This document shows positions 54,381 to 64,000 of a stretch of 64,000 nucleotides of DNA, piece after piece. The stretch covers positions 1 through 64,000 of the forward strand of contig JBECUI020000030.1 in the NCBI GenBank assembly GCA_040954595.2, read 5' to 3'. The notes beneath the pieces are model-generated. The model worked only from the letters and a program-made list of their open reading frames with translations, did not search any database and had not been told where the DNA came from. Position numbers and translations under genes: made by a program. Position 1 is the stretch's first letter. Each line of letters starts with the position of its first letter. The stretch comes from Balanoglossus misakiensis (Eukaryota > Animalia > Hemichordata).

Positions 54381-54611
54381 GCAGACTGCCATCTTCTACT
54401 GTAAAATAGCTGCAATCTTAGAAGATACGATAGGGCTTTATAACACAAAAGAATTGGGAACCTTCGAGTTGAAAACTAAAAGCCTTTTTTACATGAGTTT
54501 ATCAAATCAATAAGTCCCACATGTTTTCTGGTATTTTTTGTTCTGAGCAAACTATGAAAAAATCCAAGACACATGTTATACTGATACTATCAAAACTTTA
54601 AAGGAGCGCTT

Positions 54612-55814
54612 ATGGCAAAACCGTATTTAAAAGAAACCCCAAATAATGAAGGATATTTTGGGAAATATGGGGGTGCATTCCTTCCCCCTCAACTTGAAAA
54701 ACCGTTTAAGGAGATCAGTCAAGCCTATGAAAAACTTTCTCGTTCTCACGAGTTTTTACATGAGCTTCAAAAAATTAGAAAACACTATCAAGGAAGACCC
54801 ACTCCAATTTCCCATGCAAAAAATCTGAGTGAATACTGTGGAGGGGGACAAATTTACCTCAAACGAGAAGACTTGAATCATACAGGTGCACATAAACTCA
54901 ATCACTGTATGGCTGAAGTGCTTTTGGCAAAATATTTAGGAAAAAAAAGAGTGATAGCAGAAACCGGAGCGGGACAACATGGTGTGGCCTTAGCAACAGC
55001 AGCCGCTTATTTCGGGTTAGAGTGTGAAATTCATATGGGTGAGGTAGATATTAAAAAGGAGCACCCCAATGTAACAAGAATGAAAATTCTAGGTGCTAAT
55101 GTTGTTCCGGCTACTGCTGGACAAAAAACGCTGAAAGAGGCAGTTGATTCGGCATTTAAGGCCTACTTAAGCGATACGGAAAACACCCTCTATGCAATAG
55201 GTTCAGTAGTTGGTCCACATCCATTTCCCAAGATGATCCGAGATTTTCAAAGCGTAGTAGGCTTTGAATCGAGAGAACAATTTATCGAAATGACCACGAC
55301 GTTGCCCGATAGTGTTATTGCCTGTGTAGGTGGCGGGAGTAATGCAATGGGAATTTTTAGCGGGTTTATCGACGACTATTCCAAGTTGTACGCAATTGAA
55401 CCGATGGGAAAAGGAACGAAACTAGGAGAACACGCCGCCTCACTTACCCATGGGGAAGAGGGTGTTATGCACGGATTTAACTCGATTATGTTAAAAGATA
55501 AAGACGGCGAACCGGCACCGGTTTATTCTATTGCCAGTGGATTAGATTATCCTTCGATCGGTCCAGAGCAGTCGTACTTAAAAAGCATTGGAAGAACCAT
55601 TGTAGCGACTGCAAACGATAAGGAAACAGTGGATGCATTTTATAAGCTTTCAAGACTGGAAGGAATTATTCCGGCACTTGAATCGGCTCATGCCATTGCC
55701 TATGCAATGAAACATGCAAAAGAAAACCCAAATGAACTTATTTTAGTCAATCTCAGCGGACGCGGAGATAAAGACATTGATTTTGTCGTAGAAAACTGGG
55801 GCTTGCCGAAATAA
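54612..55814 (+). CDS. trpB: Tryptophan synthase beta chain (stand-alone)
   Basis: [43 protein letters not shown]. Confidence 0.93.
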   Translation: MAKPYLKETPNNEGYFGKYGGAFLPPQLEKPFKEISQAYEKLSRSHEFLHELQKIRKHYQGRPTPISHAKNLSEYCGGGQIYLKREDLNHTGAHKLNHCMAEVLLAKYLGKKRVIAETGAGQHGVALATAAAYFGLECEIHMGEVDIKKEHPNVTRMKILGANVVPATAGQKTLKEAVDSAFKAYLSDTENTLYAIGSVVGPHPFPKMIRDFQSVVGFESREQFIEMTTTLPDSVIACVGGGSNAMGIFSGFIDDYSKLYAIEPMGKGTKLGEHAASLTHGEEGVMHGFNSIMLKDKDGEPAPVYSIASGLDYPSIGPEQSYLKSIGRTIVATANDKETVDAFYKLSRLEGIIPALESAHAIAYAMKHAKENPNELILVNLSGRGDKDIDFVVENWGLPK

Positions 55815-56003
55815 ACACGTGGCTTGCTACAGCGAATTATGATGGCTGGCACTTTAGCTCAGTCGATCGATATCGCACCAGCATACACATATTACTAAAA
55901 AGCACGCTGTCGTACCATACAATACAAATCCTGTATATATTGACAAAGATACCGTACTTCAGGTAATATTTTCATAAAAACCCATCAAAGGAGCCAAGCA
56001 AGA

Positions 56004-56999
56004 ATGCTTATTATATTTGTTATTGTACTTGCTGTATTAGCCATAGCCCTTGTATATGTAGCCTTACTCAAATCAGAGTTTGAGGTTCGTGAATCAAAAA
56101 CTATTCAAGCTGACAAGAAAGTAATTTTCGATTACCTCTTGGATTTCAAAAAATGGCAGGAGTGGAGTCCATGGATTATGCACGAAAAAGATGTCGAGTT
56201 AACATTTAGTGAGCAAGAAAAACAAGAAAACAGTTACTATTCATGGAAGGGGAAAAAAATCGGGCAAGGTCATATGACGCATAATAAAATTACTCCATAT
56301 GAAAGAATTGAGCAAGGAATTACTTTTATAAAACCTTTTAAGTCCAGTTCTAAAGTCATGTGGATACTTGAGGATGAAGGCAACAATGTAAAGGTTACCT
56401 GGGCAATGCAAGGTAAAATGCCGTTTTTCTTCAAACCAATGATTCCAATGATGAAACAATTGATCAGTAAGGATTATCAAATTGGACTGATTCTTTTGGC
56501 GCAGCAACTGGATAAAACCGCTCCAAAAATGAAGATAAACTTTATTGGAGAGGAATTTCACAGAGAAGATTGCCTAGTTTACCACAACATACAGGGAAAT
56601 ATGGAAGAAATGATACGCGCAATGGAAGAATTTTCTCCAAAGCTATCAGCCTATTGTACCAGCAATCAGCTGGAAATAACCGGGCCCCCTTTGGCTATCT
56701 ATAATAAGGCAAACCCGCCGAAATATTTTGATGTCGATATTGCCCTTCCTATTAAACGTCAAGAGTTACCAGATAATGAGTTTCAAATCAGAGAATTACA
56801 AAACATCAAATATTTTAGAACCGACCTTATTGGCGGGTATAAACACATTGCGCTGACCTGGCATGCTGCTTTTGCACAACTTAGAATGAGGAAGTTAAAG
56901 TTTAACCCCACACAAGCAAGTTTAGAAATATATCTAAACGACCCCCGCGACGTCAAAGAGAATGATTTGCATACGAGTATTTACATCTCTATCAAATAG
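56004..56999 (+). CDS. Membrane-anchored SRPBCC domain plus GyrI-like effector-binding domain protein
   Basis: N-terminal TM, WQEWSPW SRPBCC motif, C-terminal GGY...LEIYLNDP. Confidence 0.78.
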   Translation: MLIIFVIVLAVLAIALVYVALLKSEFEVRESKTIQADKKVIFDYLLDFKKWQEWSPWIMHEKDVELTFSEQEKQENSYYSWKGKKIGQGHMTHNKITPYERIEQGITFIKPFKSSSKVMWILEDEGNNVKVTWAMQGKMPFFFKPMIPMMKQLISKDYQIGLILLAQQLDKTAPKMKINFIGEEFHREDCLVYHNIQGNMEEMIRAMEEFSPKLSAYCTSNQLEITGPPLAIYNKANPPKYFDVDIALPIKRQELPDNEFQIRELQNIKYFRTDLIGGYKHIALTWHAAFAQLRMRKLKFNPTQASLEIYLNDPRDVKENDLHTSIYISIK

Positions 57000-57140
57000 A
57001 CAATAGCAACGCATAAATTGAACTCTGAGCTGTTTTCCCATGAATAGCAAATCACACAATCTGAAACGAGTTACCATACATACATTTACTAATCTGGATG
57101 CAGTTATCCTGCTCCTCAACCGCCGATAATTCACGACGTA

Positions 57141-57170
57141 TTGACAAACGATTTACAGCTATAGTATACT
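57141..57170 (+). promoter_or_regulatory. Promoter of the BCCT operon
   Basis: TTGACA (57141-57146), 18 bp spacer, TATACT (57165-57170). Confidence 0.6.
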
Positions 57171-57332
57171 GCGTAGATATAACAAACAGTTTGTTACAAA
57201 GATGTAAATCTCAGGAGCATTCCTTATGGAATTTAAACATTTCATTATAGGGAAATAAGTTCTACTCACTTTGTAAAATAAATTCTTGTAGTGAGTAGGT
57301 CGTAACAGAATTTATTTTATGGGGAGAAAACT

Positions 57333-58913
57333 ATGAGTATTAATATAACAGGCAATCAGTTTTCTGACGAAGATAGTGCAAAATTAACTCACGTTGATAG
57401 GCCAACTTTTATTGTCAGTGCTGGTTTCTTATTATTATTTATTATATTAGCGATCATTAATCTTGATGGACTGTCATCTATAGTTAATGCAATTTTTGAT
57501 TTCGCAATCAAGGTATGTGGCGCATATTGGCAGGTATTGTTATTTATGACCTTTGTCGTAGGGATTGTACTTGCCGTAGGAAGAACCGGGCGAGTACGAC
57601 TTGGGAACTTAAAAAAACCCGAGGTAAACTCTTTTCGCTGGATTGCCATTATTGCCTGTACCTTACTTGCCGGCGGTGGTGTATTTTGGGCAGCGGGCGA
57701 ACCTTTAGCCCATTTCATGTCCCCCCCACCTTTATTTGGCGACACGGATAATTTATTTCTGAAAGCGAGCAATGCACTCGCACAGTCATTCATGCACTGG
57801 GGTTTTCTTGCATGGGCAATATTGGGCTCGCTGAGTTCTATCGTTTTAATGCGCTTGCACTATGAGAAGGGGCTCCCACTGAAACCAAGGACCTTACTGT
57901 ATCCAATATTTGGTGATGCAGCAATAAAAGGTCCTCTTGGAGTAATAATAGATTCATTTTCAATTATTGCAGTTGCAGCAGGCACCATTGGTCCCATTGG
58001 ATTTCTTGGACTACAAATTAGTTATTCCCTTAATCAGCTATTTAATGTACCAGATGGATTTACTACCCAACTTATGGTGGTATTGTTTGCAACAGTAATG
58101 TATACCATATCAGCATTATCCGGATTAAATAGGGGGATACAAATACTAAGCAGAATCAATGTAATATTAGCAGCGGCATTGATGCTATATATTTTCATAG
58201 GCGGGCCTACTGGTTTTATTATTGATGGATATCTGAGCGGCCTTGGTACGTGGATACAAAATTTTATTCCTATGTCATTTTTTAGAGCCGACCAGGGCTG
58301 GCTCGGATGGTGGACAGTATTCTTTTGGGGATGGTTTATGGGATATGGTCCTATGATGGCAATTTTTATTGCAAGAATATCTCGAGGAAGAACAATTAGA
58401 CAAGTTATACTTGCTTTAAGCATTATTATGCCTTTAATTACAACCTTTTGGTTTACTATTGTTGGAGGAACAGGACTTGCATTTGAAATTAATAATCCAG
58501 GTTCAGTAAGTAGTGCGTTTACAGATGGATTTAATTTACCAGCCTCTCTGTTGGCAATTACCTCACAGCTTCCACTGCCTACAATCATTGCAATGTTGTT
58601 TTTAGTTCTAACCACAATTTTTATTATTACTACAGGCGATTCAATGACATATACTATTGCGGTCGTAACAGGGAATACTGCTTCGCCGAAACCTTATATT
58701 AGAGCAGTATGGGGAATTCTTATGGGAGTAGTTGCAATCATCTTGATACAACAGGGTGCCGGGGGAATTGGTGCATTACAAACGTTTATTGTAGTAACGG
58801 CAATACCGGTATCCTTAATATTGTTACCCACAGTTTGGCTTGCGCCACAAATGGCAAAAAAAATGGCAATAGAACAAGGTTTTATTGAGAAAGAAAAAGT
58901 CTTGGAGAATTAA
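57333..58913 (+). CDS. BCCT-family (betaine/carnitine/choline) transporter
   Basis: LAGGGVFW..GEP, FMHWG..AW, WWTVFFWGWF aromatic box, FIARISRGRTIRQ. Confidence 0.93.
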   Translation: MSINITGNQFSDEDSAKLTHVDRPTFIVSAGFLLLFIILAIINLDGLSSIVNAIFDFAIKVCGAYWQVLLFMTFVVGIVLAVGRTGRVRLGNLKKPEVNSFRWIAIIACTLLAGGGVFWAAGEPLAHFMSPPPLFGDTDNLFLKASNALAQSFMHWGFLAWAILGSLSSIVLMRLHYEKGLPLKPRTLLYPIFGDAAIKGPLGVIIDSFSIIAVAAGTIGPIGFLGLQISYSLNQLFNVPDGFTTQLMVVLFATVMYTISALSGLNRGIQILSRINVILAAALMLYIFIGGPTGFIIDGYLSGLGTWIQNFIPMSFFRADQGWLGWWTVFFWGWFMGYGPMMAIFIARISRGRTIRQVILALSIIMPLITTFWFTIVGGTGLAFEINNPGSVSSAFTDGFNLPASLLAITSQLPLPTIIAMLFLVLTTIFIITTGDSMTYTIAVVTGNTASPKPYIRAVWGILMGVVAIILIQQGAGGIGALQTFIVVTAIPVSLILLPTVWLAPQMAKKMAIEQGFIEKEKVLEN

Positions 58914-59154
58914 AATAAATAATGCTATTACAGGTTGCAGATACATTTATTTCAATCAAATATTCCATGAAAATGAGTTGCTAACAATAGTTCACTCCAA
59001 TTGATGGAAATACCTACACTTGAATCCGCATTGCTTTTTTGTAATGCGGTATTTCAAGTTTTGAATCTACATAGCCGATCTGTCCTGTCTTGTAGCAATG
59101 TTTGCTTCTACAGGAGTACAATAAAACAAACAGCGAATTAAAAGAGGAAAATAT

Positions 59155-60603
59155 ATGAACATAAACCCGGAAAAAAGTCTTTACATTGGAGGAAGGTGGC
59201 ATACTGGTCAACTCACAAAACCAAATATTAATCCATCCGACATAACAGAAAATATAGGAAATTTTGCGCAAGCAAGTATACAACAAGTGGAAGATGCCAT
59301 AAGTTCTGCGAATACAGCACAAAAAAAATGGGCAGCTACTCCGCTAGAACAGAAACAAACAATACTTTATAACATAGGTTCTGAAATGATTGCTTCTTGT
59401 AATGAGTTGGGAACCTTATTATCCCGCGAAGAAGGCAAACCCTTTGCTGAAGGAAAAGGAGAAGTTTACAGAGCAGGTCAGTTTTTTCAATACTACGCAG
59501 CGGAAGTATTACGGCAAATTGGCGATGTGGCAGATTCAGTGCGAAGCGGAATAAAAATTGCAGCAATACGAGAACCCGCAGGAGTAATAGGAATTATTTC
59601 TCCTTGGAATTTTCCTACGGCAACTGCATCTTGGAAAATTGCACCAGCACTTGCATTTGGTAATAGTGTTATTTGGAAACCAGCGAATATTACCCCTGCC
59701 AGTGCCGTTGCCCTTGCAGAAATCATCCACAAACAAGGACTACCGGAAGGTACATTTAACGTAGTAAACGGAAGTGGCTCTCAGATCGGCAATCAGCTTA
59801 TTAACTCAAAACAGATTAACGGCATAAGTTTTACCGGTTCTGTAGATGTAGGACGCACGATTGCAAGTGCCACCGCAAGAAATTTTGTAAAATGTCAATT
59901 GGAAATGGGGAGTAAGAACGCCCTTATTATTGCTGATGACGCAGATATCTCAATAGCAGTGGAAGCAACAATATCAGGTGCCTATTCCGGTTCCGGACAA
60001 AAGTGTACCGCTTCATCTCGGCTTATCGTAATGGATGGCATCTATGATGCATATATTGATGCACTATGTAAAAGAATGGCAACACTCAAAGTCGGGCATG
60101 CACTATCCGAAGGAATCTTTATGGGGCCCGTAGTAGAAGAAAAACAATTAACAGCCAATTTTGAATGGATTGAAAAGGCCCTCGCTCATGGTGCACAAGT
60201 CGCCTTTGGTGGAGAAAGACTACGTTTAGAACATGACGGCTATTATATGAGCCCTACTTTATTGATCAATACAAAAAACGAATGGGATGTCAATCAGGAA
60301 GAAATTTTTGGACCCATTGCCTGTGTAATACGAGTACAGGACTTGGAAGAGGCAATAACAACCCTCAACGCAACACGATTTGGACTTTCATCAGGAATAA
60401 TAACCACTAGCTTAAAAACCAGTGCCATCTTTCAGGAACAAGCAGAGACAGGATGTGTTATGGTTAATCTTCCGACTGCCGGAACAGATTATCATGTGCC
60501 GTTTGGCGGAAGAAAAGAATCCAGCTATGGACCGCGAGAACAAGGACAATATGCAAAAGAATTTTATACCACAGTAAAAACCATATATCAGAGATCCTAC
60601 TGA
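59155..60603 (+). CDS. Aldehyde dehydrogenase family protein
   Basis: ISPWNFP, FTGS, LEMGSKN, GQKCTA catalytic Cys, EEIFGP. Confidence 0.93.
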   Translation: MNINPEKSLYIGGRWHTGQLTKPNINPSDITENIGNFAQASIQQVEDAISSANTAQKKWAATPLEQKQTILYNIGSEMIASCNELGTLLSREEGKPFAEGKGEVYRAGQFFQYYAAEVLRQIGDVADSVRSGIKIAAIREPAGVIGIISPWNFPTATASWKIAPALAFGNSVIWKPANITPASAVALAEIIHKQGLPEGTFNVVNGSGSQIGNQLINSKQINGISFTGSVDVGRTIASATARNFVKCQLEMGSKNALIIADDADISIAVEATISGAYSGSGQKCTASSRLIVMDGIYDAYIDALCKRMATLKVGHALSEGIFMGPVVEEKQLTANFEWIEKALAHGAQVAFGGERLRLEHDGYYMSPTLLINTKNEWDVNQEEIFGPIACVIRVQDLEEAITTLNATRFGLSSGIITTSLKTSAIFQEQAETGCVMVNLPTAGTDYHVPFGGRKESSYGPREQGQYAKEFYTTVKTIYQRSY

Positions 60604-61595
60604 TGATCAAGTATAAGGACTTAATTATAATTGATGGTCTACAATACAGTAAATGGGATAGAGAATACTTTGAATTTCTACACAAAAGTGGTATTACTGC
60701 AGTTCATATAACCTTAGTGTACCATGAGATGTCACGCGAGCTATTGAGTTTGTTTGGTACATGGGCATCCTTATTTGACGAACATCAGGATATTATCATG
60801 CCGGTGATGCAGGCAGATGACATTGAACGTGCAAAGTCGCTCAATAAAGTAGGGATTTTTTTTGGTGCTCAAAACTGCTCTCCTATTGAAGATGATATTA
60901 CATTAGTTTCGGTAATGCGAAAACTCGGATTGCTTGTCATGCAACTTACGTATAACAACCAAAGTCTATTAGCTACTGGATGTTATGAGCAAACTGATAG
61001 CGGCATTACGAGGTTTGGCAAACAAGTAATATCAGAGATGAATCGAGTGGGAATGATAATTGATATGTCCCATAGTGCCGAAAGATCCACGCTTGAAGCA
61101 ATCGATATTTCTACAAGACCTATATGTATAAGCCACGCAAACCCTAGATCTGCCTGTGAAGCATTACGAAACAAGTCCAACACAGTAATAAATGCCCTTA
61201 CAGAAAAAGGTGGATTACTTGGATTCAGTCTGTATCCTTTTCATTTGCCTGGGTTTGATACGTGTAGCATAGAAAATTTTTGTCAGATGCTTGCTGATAC
61301 AGCGGAAATGGTAGGAACCGAACATTTAGCAATAGGAAGTGATTTATGTTTACGCCAACCCCAATCGGTATTAGAATGGATGAGAAATGGTCGATGGTCT
61401 AAGCAGATGAACTATGGGGAAGGCAATGCGAGTAATAGCACTTGGCCCAATGCCCTCCCATGGTTTAGCAACGAAAAATGTATGGAAAATATTTTTCATG
61501 CTTTGTTTCAGCAAGGATTTAATGATCAAGAGCTGCAAGGTATCCTAGGTAATAATTGGCTGAGTTTCCTTAGAAGTGGACTTGTTCCGCAATAA
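60603..61595 (+). CDS. Membrane-dipeptidase (M19)-family amidohydrolase
   Basis: IDGLQY, QLTYN, EMNRVGMIIDMSH, ISHAN, RNK, IGSD. Confidence 0.85.
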   Translation: MIKYKDLIIIDGLQYSKWDREYFEFLHKSGITAVHITLVYHEMSRELLSLFGTWASLFDEHQDIIMPVMQADDIERAKSLNKVGIFFGAQNCSPIEDDITLVSVMRKLGLLVMQLTYNNQSLLATGCYEQTDSGITRFGKQVISEMNRVGMIIDMSHSAERSTLEAIDISTRPICISHANPRSACEALRNKSNTVINALTEKGGLLGFSLYPFHLPGFDTCSIENFCQMLADTAEMVGTEHLAIGSDLCLRQPQSVLEWMRNGRWSKQMNYGEGNASNSTWPNALPWFSNEKCMENIFHALFQQGFNDQELQGILGNNWLSFLRSGLVPQ

Positions 61596-61624
61596 GAATA
61601 ATCAACGTATAAAGGTGAATACAT

Positions 61625-64000
61625 ATGTTAAAAAATAAAATGCCTTATGAGAATGAGCTCTATAGAACTGCTGATGATATTATGAACTTGAAGCGATTAG
61701 GTGCTATGCACCAATCAAGAATTAGCTTTACACGTAGTTTAATAAAAAAAATTGCCAAAGAAAAATGGGATGTGTTTATCGAAAAATGGGATGTTTCTGA
61801 TGATGGCTTTGGCACTGTTATTTATAGAATTAACACTCCCCATAATGTATATCAGTTAGTGATATTTACAGATTATATTAATGACGAAGAACGAGATGAT
61901 CGGGTAATTGCAGAAAAATGGGATGCTACATTTGCATTAATACAAGGTATTGCAAATGATTCACTTTTACAGACCCTAAAAGACAATGTTCCCAGACAAG
62001 AAGCAGGAAGAAATGGCAGCGAAGTATTAGTGCTTTCTCGGGCAAATAAGAGTACCAGAATATTTGACCACGTCGTGAATTCTTTAGCAAAGGGTGTACA
62101 ACCCAATATCAAGTTGTTACAAGATGTAGGTTATATCTTGCGTACGACTGCTGTATATGGAAATGGAAAATTTGGGATAGCTGATTTTGAATCATTACGA
62201 GATAACCCTGACTTTTGCTTAAGTTTTAGTGCTCAAATGTGTGCGGTGTATTTATTGAGAGAATTCAGTATCGATTGGGTACATTACCTTGCAAAGAAAA
62301 AAGGAGGCGAGAAGGCAACGACACTGCATAAAGATTTACAGCGATTTTTAGGCACAGGCAATGCAACAGGGCTTGGTATGTCATTGTTTCTTATTAATCA
62401 TCCTAAAGTTGTCGATGCGTGGTTATATCAAAGAGAAAAGGCACTTGCACAGGTATTATCACTTCCTATTACAGAAGAGGATAAAAACAAGTATATCACC
62501 TTACTTCATCAAGCACGAAAGCATATCACCGAAGTTATTACGAGCGATCCTCATCAAAAAAACTTAAACCAAAAAGCAAAAGATGAATTACTTGAAATTA
62601 TTTCTTCAGTAAAGCAGGCCTATCAAGAAAAATTATTTTGGAATTATCTAATTAATTTCATAGAACAGTACAGCTATGAAACGCAAGAGATAACGGTATC
62701 ATGTTTAATTGATCTATGTCCACATCTCGTTGACGAATTTACCAAAAACATGAATGCCGACGAATCATATATGAGCATTTCTGGAATTAGTAAAAAAACA
62801 CTTATTGATATACTAGAAACAAGATATGCGTGGGCTATTGCGATAGATTTTGAAAATCCTGATAATTCTTATTGGTTTTGGTATTCATCCGAAGATAAAG
62901 AAGAACCTCGACTAGGGGTGCGTTACGAAGATGACGGGTACGAACTTGAACTCCCTCTTGATATTGCACGAAGAGTAGTTGCATTATACAAGTCGTTAAT
63001 AGATACCCCCGCAGAGTTTAGTTTGGCTGATTTTTTGCTTGTGCACCCGGAATATCGAAGCATAATACGCCGTGTGTACACCATGGGACAATGCAGACTT
63101 GGAGAAATACAGGCAAATTCTATAGGCAAAGAACTACTACCTATGGATTTTCTCCGAGCAAAACTTGCAATATTAGGAGCAACAAAATTTGATCCTCGTT
63201 CCGACAGGTGGGTACAAGTAACATTTTTTCAAGGAGCCCCACTTCTTGCAGATATTAGCACTGACGACTGGGCGTTCCCAACACTACCAGACATTTCTGA
63301 CGAATCATATCGTGTACATCATCACACCATCTCTCAGGATAAGGGATATAAAAGACGTGTTACGTACAATGAAATTCTTTTATATTGTAGCAGGGCGTTT
63401 AGAAGTCTTGGTCGAAAATGGGGAGACCCCGACCTTATTGCATCTTCGGTAGCAGATATAGAAATTATGGAAAAATCTGGTGTCGAAAGATTCGTGAAAT
63501 TTTTGCATTTGGTACAACAAGAGAATGAACATGATCCAATAATAACAAAACAAGAAAACAATATTATTCATGTAGACTTAGCTGGTGCGAGTGTTATGTC
63601 ATATTTATCAATCCTATTAGATTATACGATAGAACATTTTGAGTCTCATATTACCCTAAAAATTGTCAATGAACATAATAACTGGTTGGCGCTAGGAAGA
63701 ATTATGCAACTTCGTTTTGACAATTTTTATGTACAGACGATCTGGAAAGAAGAACATGCCCAGGAATTCGTAGAATACATATATGATTCTAATAATAAAA
63801 AATCGTATATTTATATTTCGGATCTTGATGAAGTACAACAACAGAATCTACAATTCCCCCTACAAGATAATGTGTTATATGTATGCCTCAACAAACTCCC
63901 TTTTACCAGTGTACTCGTAGACACATATCCAACCATAATACATGATGCACAGATTTTACAAAAAAGAAAACAGGCAATGCAACGTGGACTATATGTAAAC
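61625..64000 (+). CDS. Large uncharacterised protein (at least 792 aa, runs off the window): conserved hypothetical enzyme fused to a DUF3726-like domain
   Basis: Absent from the ORF track, consistent with no stop inside the window; hand translation of both ends in one frame gives RLGAMHQSRISF, LSRANKS, LRTTAVYGNGKFG, KFDPRSDRW...FQGAP, then VTYNEI...RAF...DLIASSVAD. Confidence 0.8.
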   Translation, partial: MLKNKMPYENELYRTADDIMNLKRLGAMHQSRISFTRSLIKKIAKEKWDVFIEKWDVSDDGFGTVIYRINTPHNVYQLVIFTDYINDEERDDRVIAEKWDATFALIQGIANDSLLQTLKDNVPRQEAGRNGSEVLVLSRANKSTRIFDHVVNSLAKGVQPNIKLLQDVGYILRTTAVYGNGKFGIADFESLRDNPDFCLSFSAQMCAVYLLREFSIDWVHYLAKKKGGEKATTLHKDLQRFLGTGNATGLGMSLFLINHPKVVDAWLYQREKALAQVLSLPITEEDKNKYITLLHQARKHITEVITSDPHQKNLNQKAKDELLEIISSVKQAYQEKLFWNYLINFIEQYSYETQEITVSCLIDLCPHLVDEFTKNMNADESYMSISGISKKTLIDILETRYAWAIAIDFENPDNSYWFWYSSEDKEEPRLGVRYEDDGYELELPLDIARRVVALYKSLIDTPAEFSLADFLLVHPEYRSIIRRVYTMGQCRLGEIQANSIGKELLPMDFLRAKLAILGATKFDPRSDRWVQVTFFQGAPLLADISTDDWAFPTLPDISDESYRVHHHTISQDKGYKRRVTYNEILLYCSRAFRSLGRKWGDPDLIASSVADIEIMEKSGVERFVKFLHLVQQENEHDPIITKQENNIIHVDLAGASVMSYLSILLDYTIEHFESHITLKIVNEHNNWLALGRIMQLRFDNFYVQTIWKEEHAQEFVEYIYDSNNKKSYIYISDLDEVQQQNLQFPLQDNVLYVCLNKLPFTSVLVDTYPTIIHDAQILQKRKQAMQRGLYVN

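Overview
This is 64 kb of bacterial chromosome, most likely from a Spirochaetia member. That is an inference from the spirochaete-style binding-protein N-termini (VYSGGNQE, IFAGGSQE, VFGAGTTE), a DUF3783-like gene, a NusG-domain-II gene and an EIIA/antiporter pair. The gene content suggests a marine or animal-associated lifestyle. Contents in order: (1) housekeeping genes (cysWA, prmC-prfA, lipA, hisC); (2) a ~20 kb glycan/sialic acid locus (GH2, GH20, sugar ABC, NagB-deacetylase fusion, nanA, family-5 ABC, Asp-box protein, nanE, ROK kinase); (3) tRNA-fMet, followed by a tandem-repeat coiled-coil PD-(D/E)XK protein and an N6 methyltransferase; (4) aspS, serA, thyX, MATE, an M23 peptidase and TctCBA; (5) an AT-rich accessory/defence region (BstYI-like R-M, NYN, PD-(D/E)XK); (6) galM, EIIA/antiporter and an orphan trpB; (7) a BCCT-aldehyde dehydrogenase-M19 amidohydrolase-large fusion operon running off the right end. 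Most genes between ~11 and 34 kb, including essential aspS, carry frameshifts that look like sequencing indels. Best leads: the terminal catabolic operon (resembling, from memory, the homarine hom operon) with a gene fusion and a switch-like 5' UTR; a circularly permuted family-5 binding protein and an unknown Asp-box enzyme in the nan operon; a promoter-terminator-NYN RNase arrangement; and a hairpin leader hiding a 4-codon uORF. All family calls are by eye; no searches were run.
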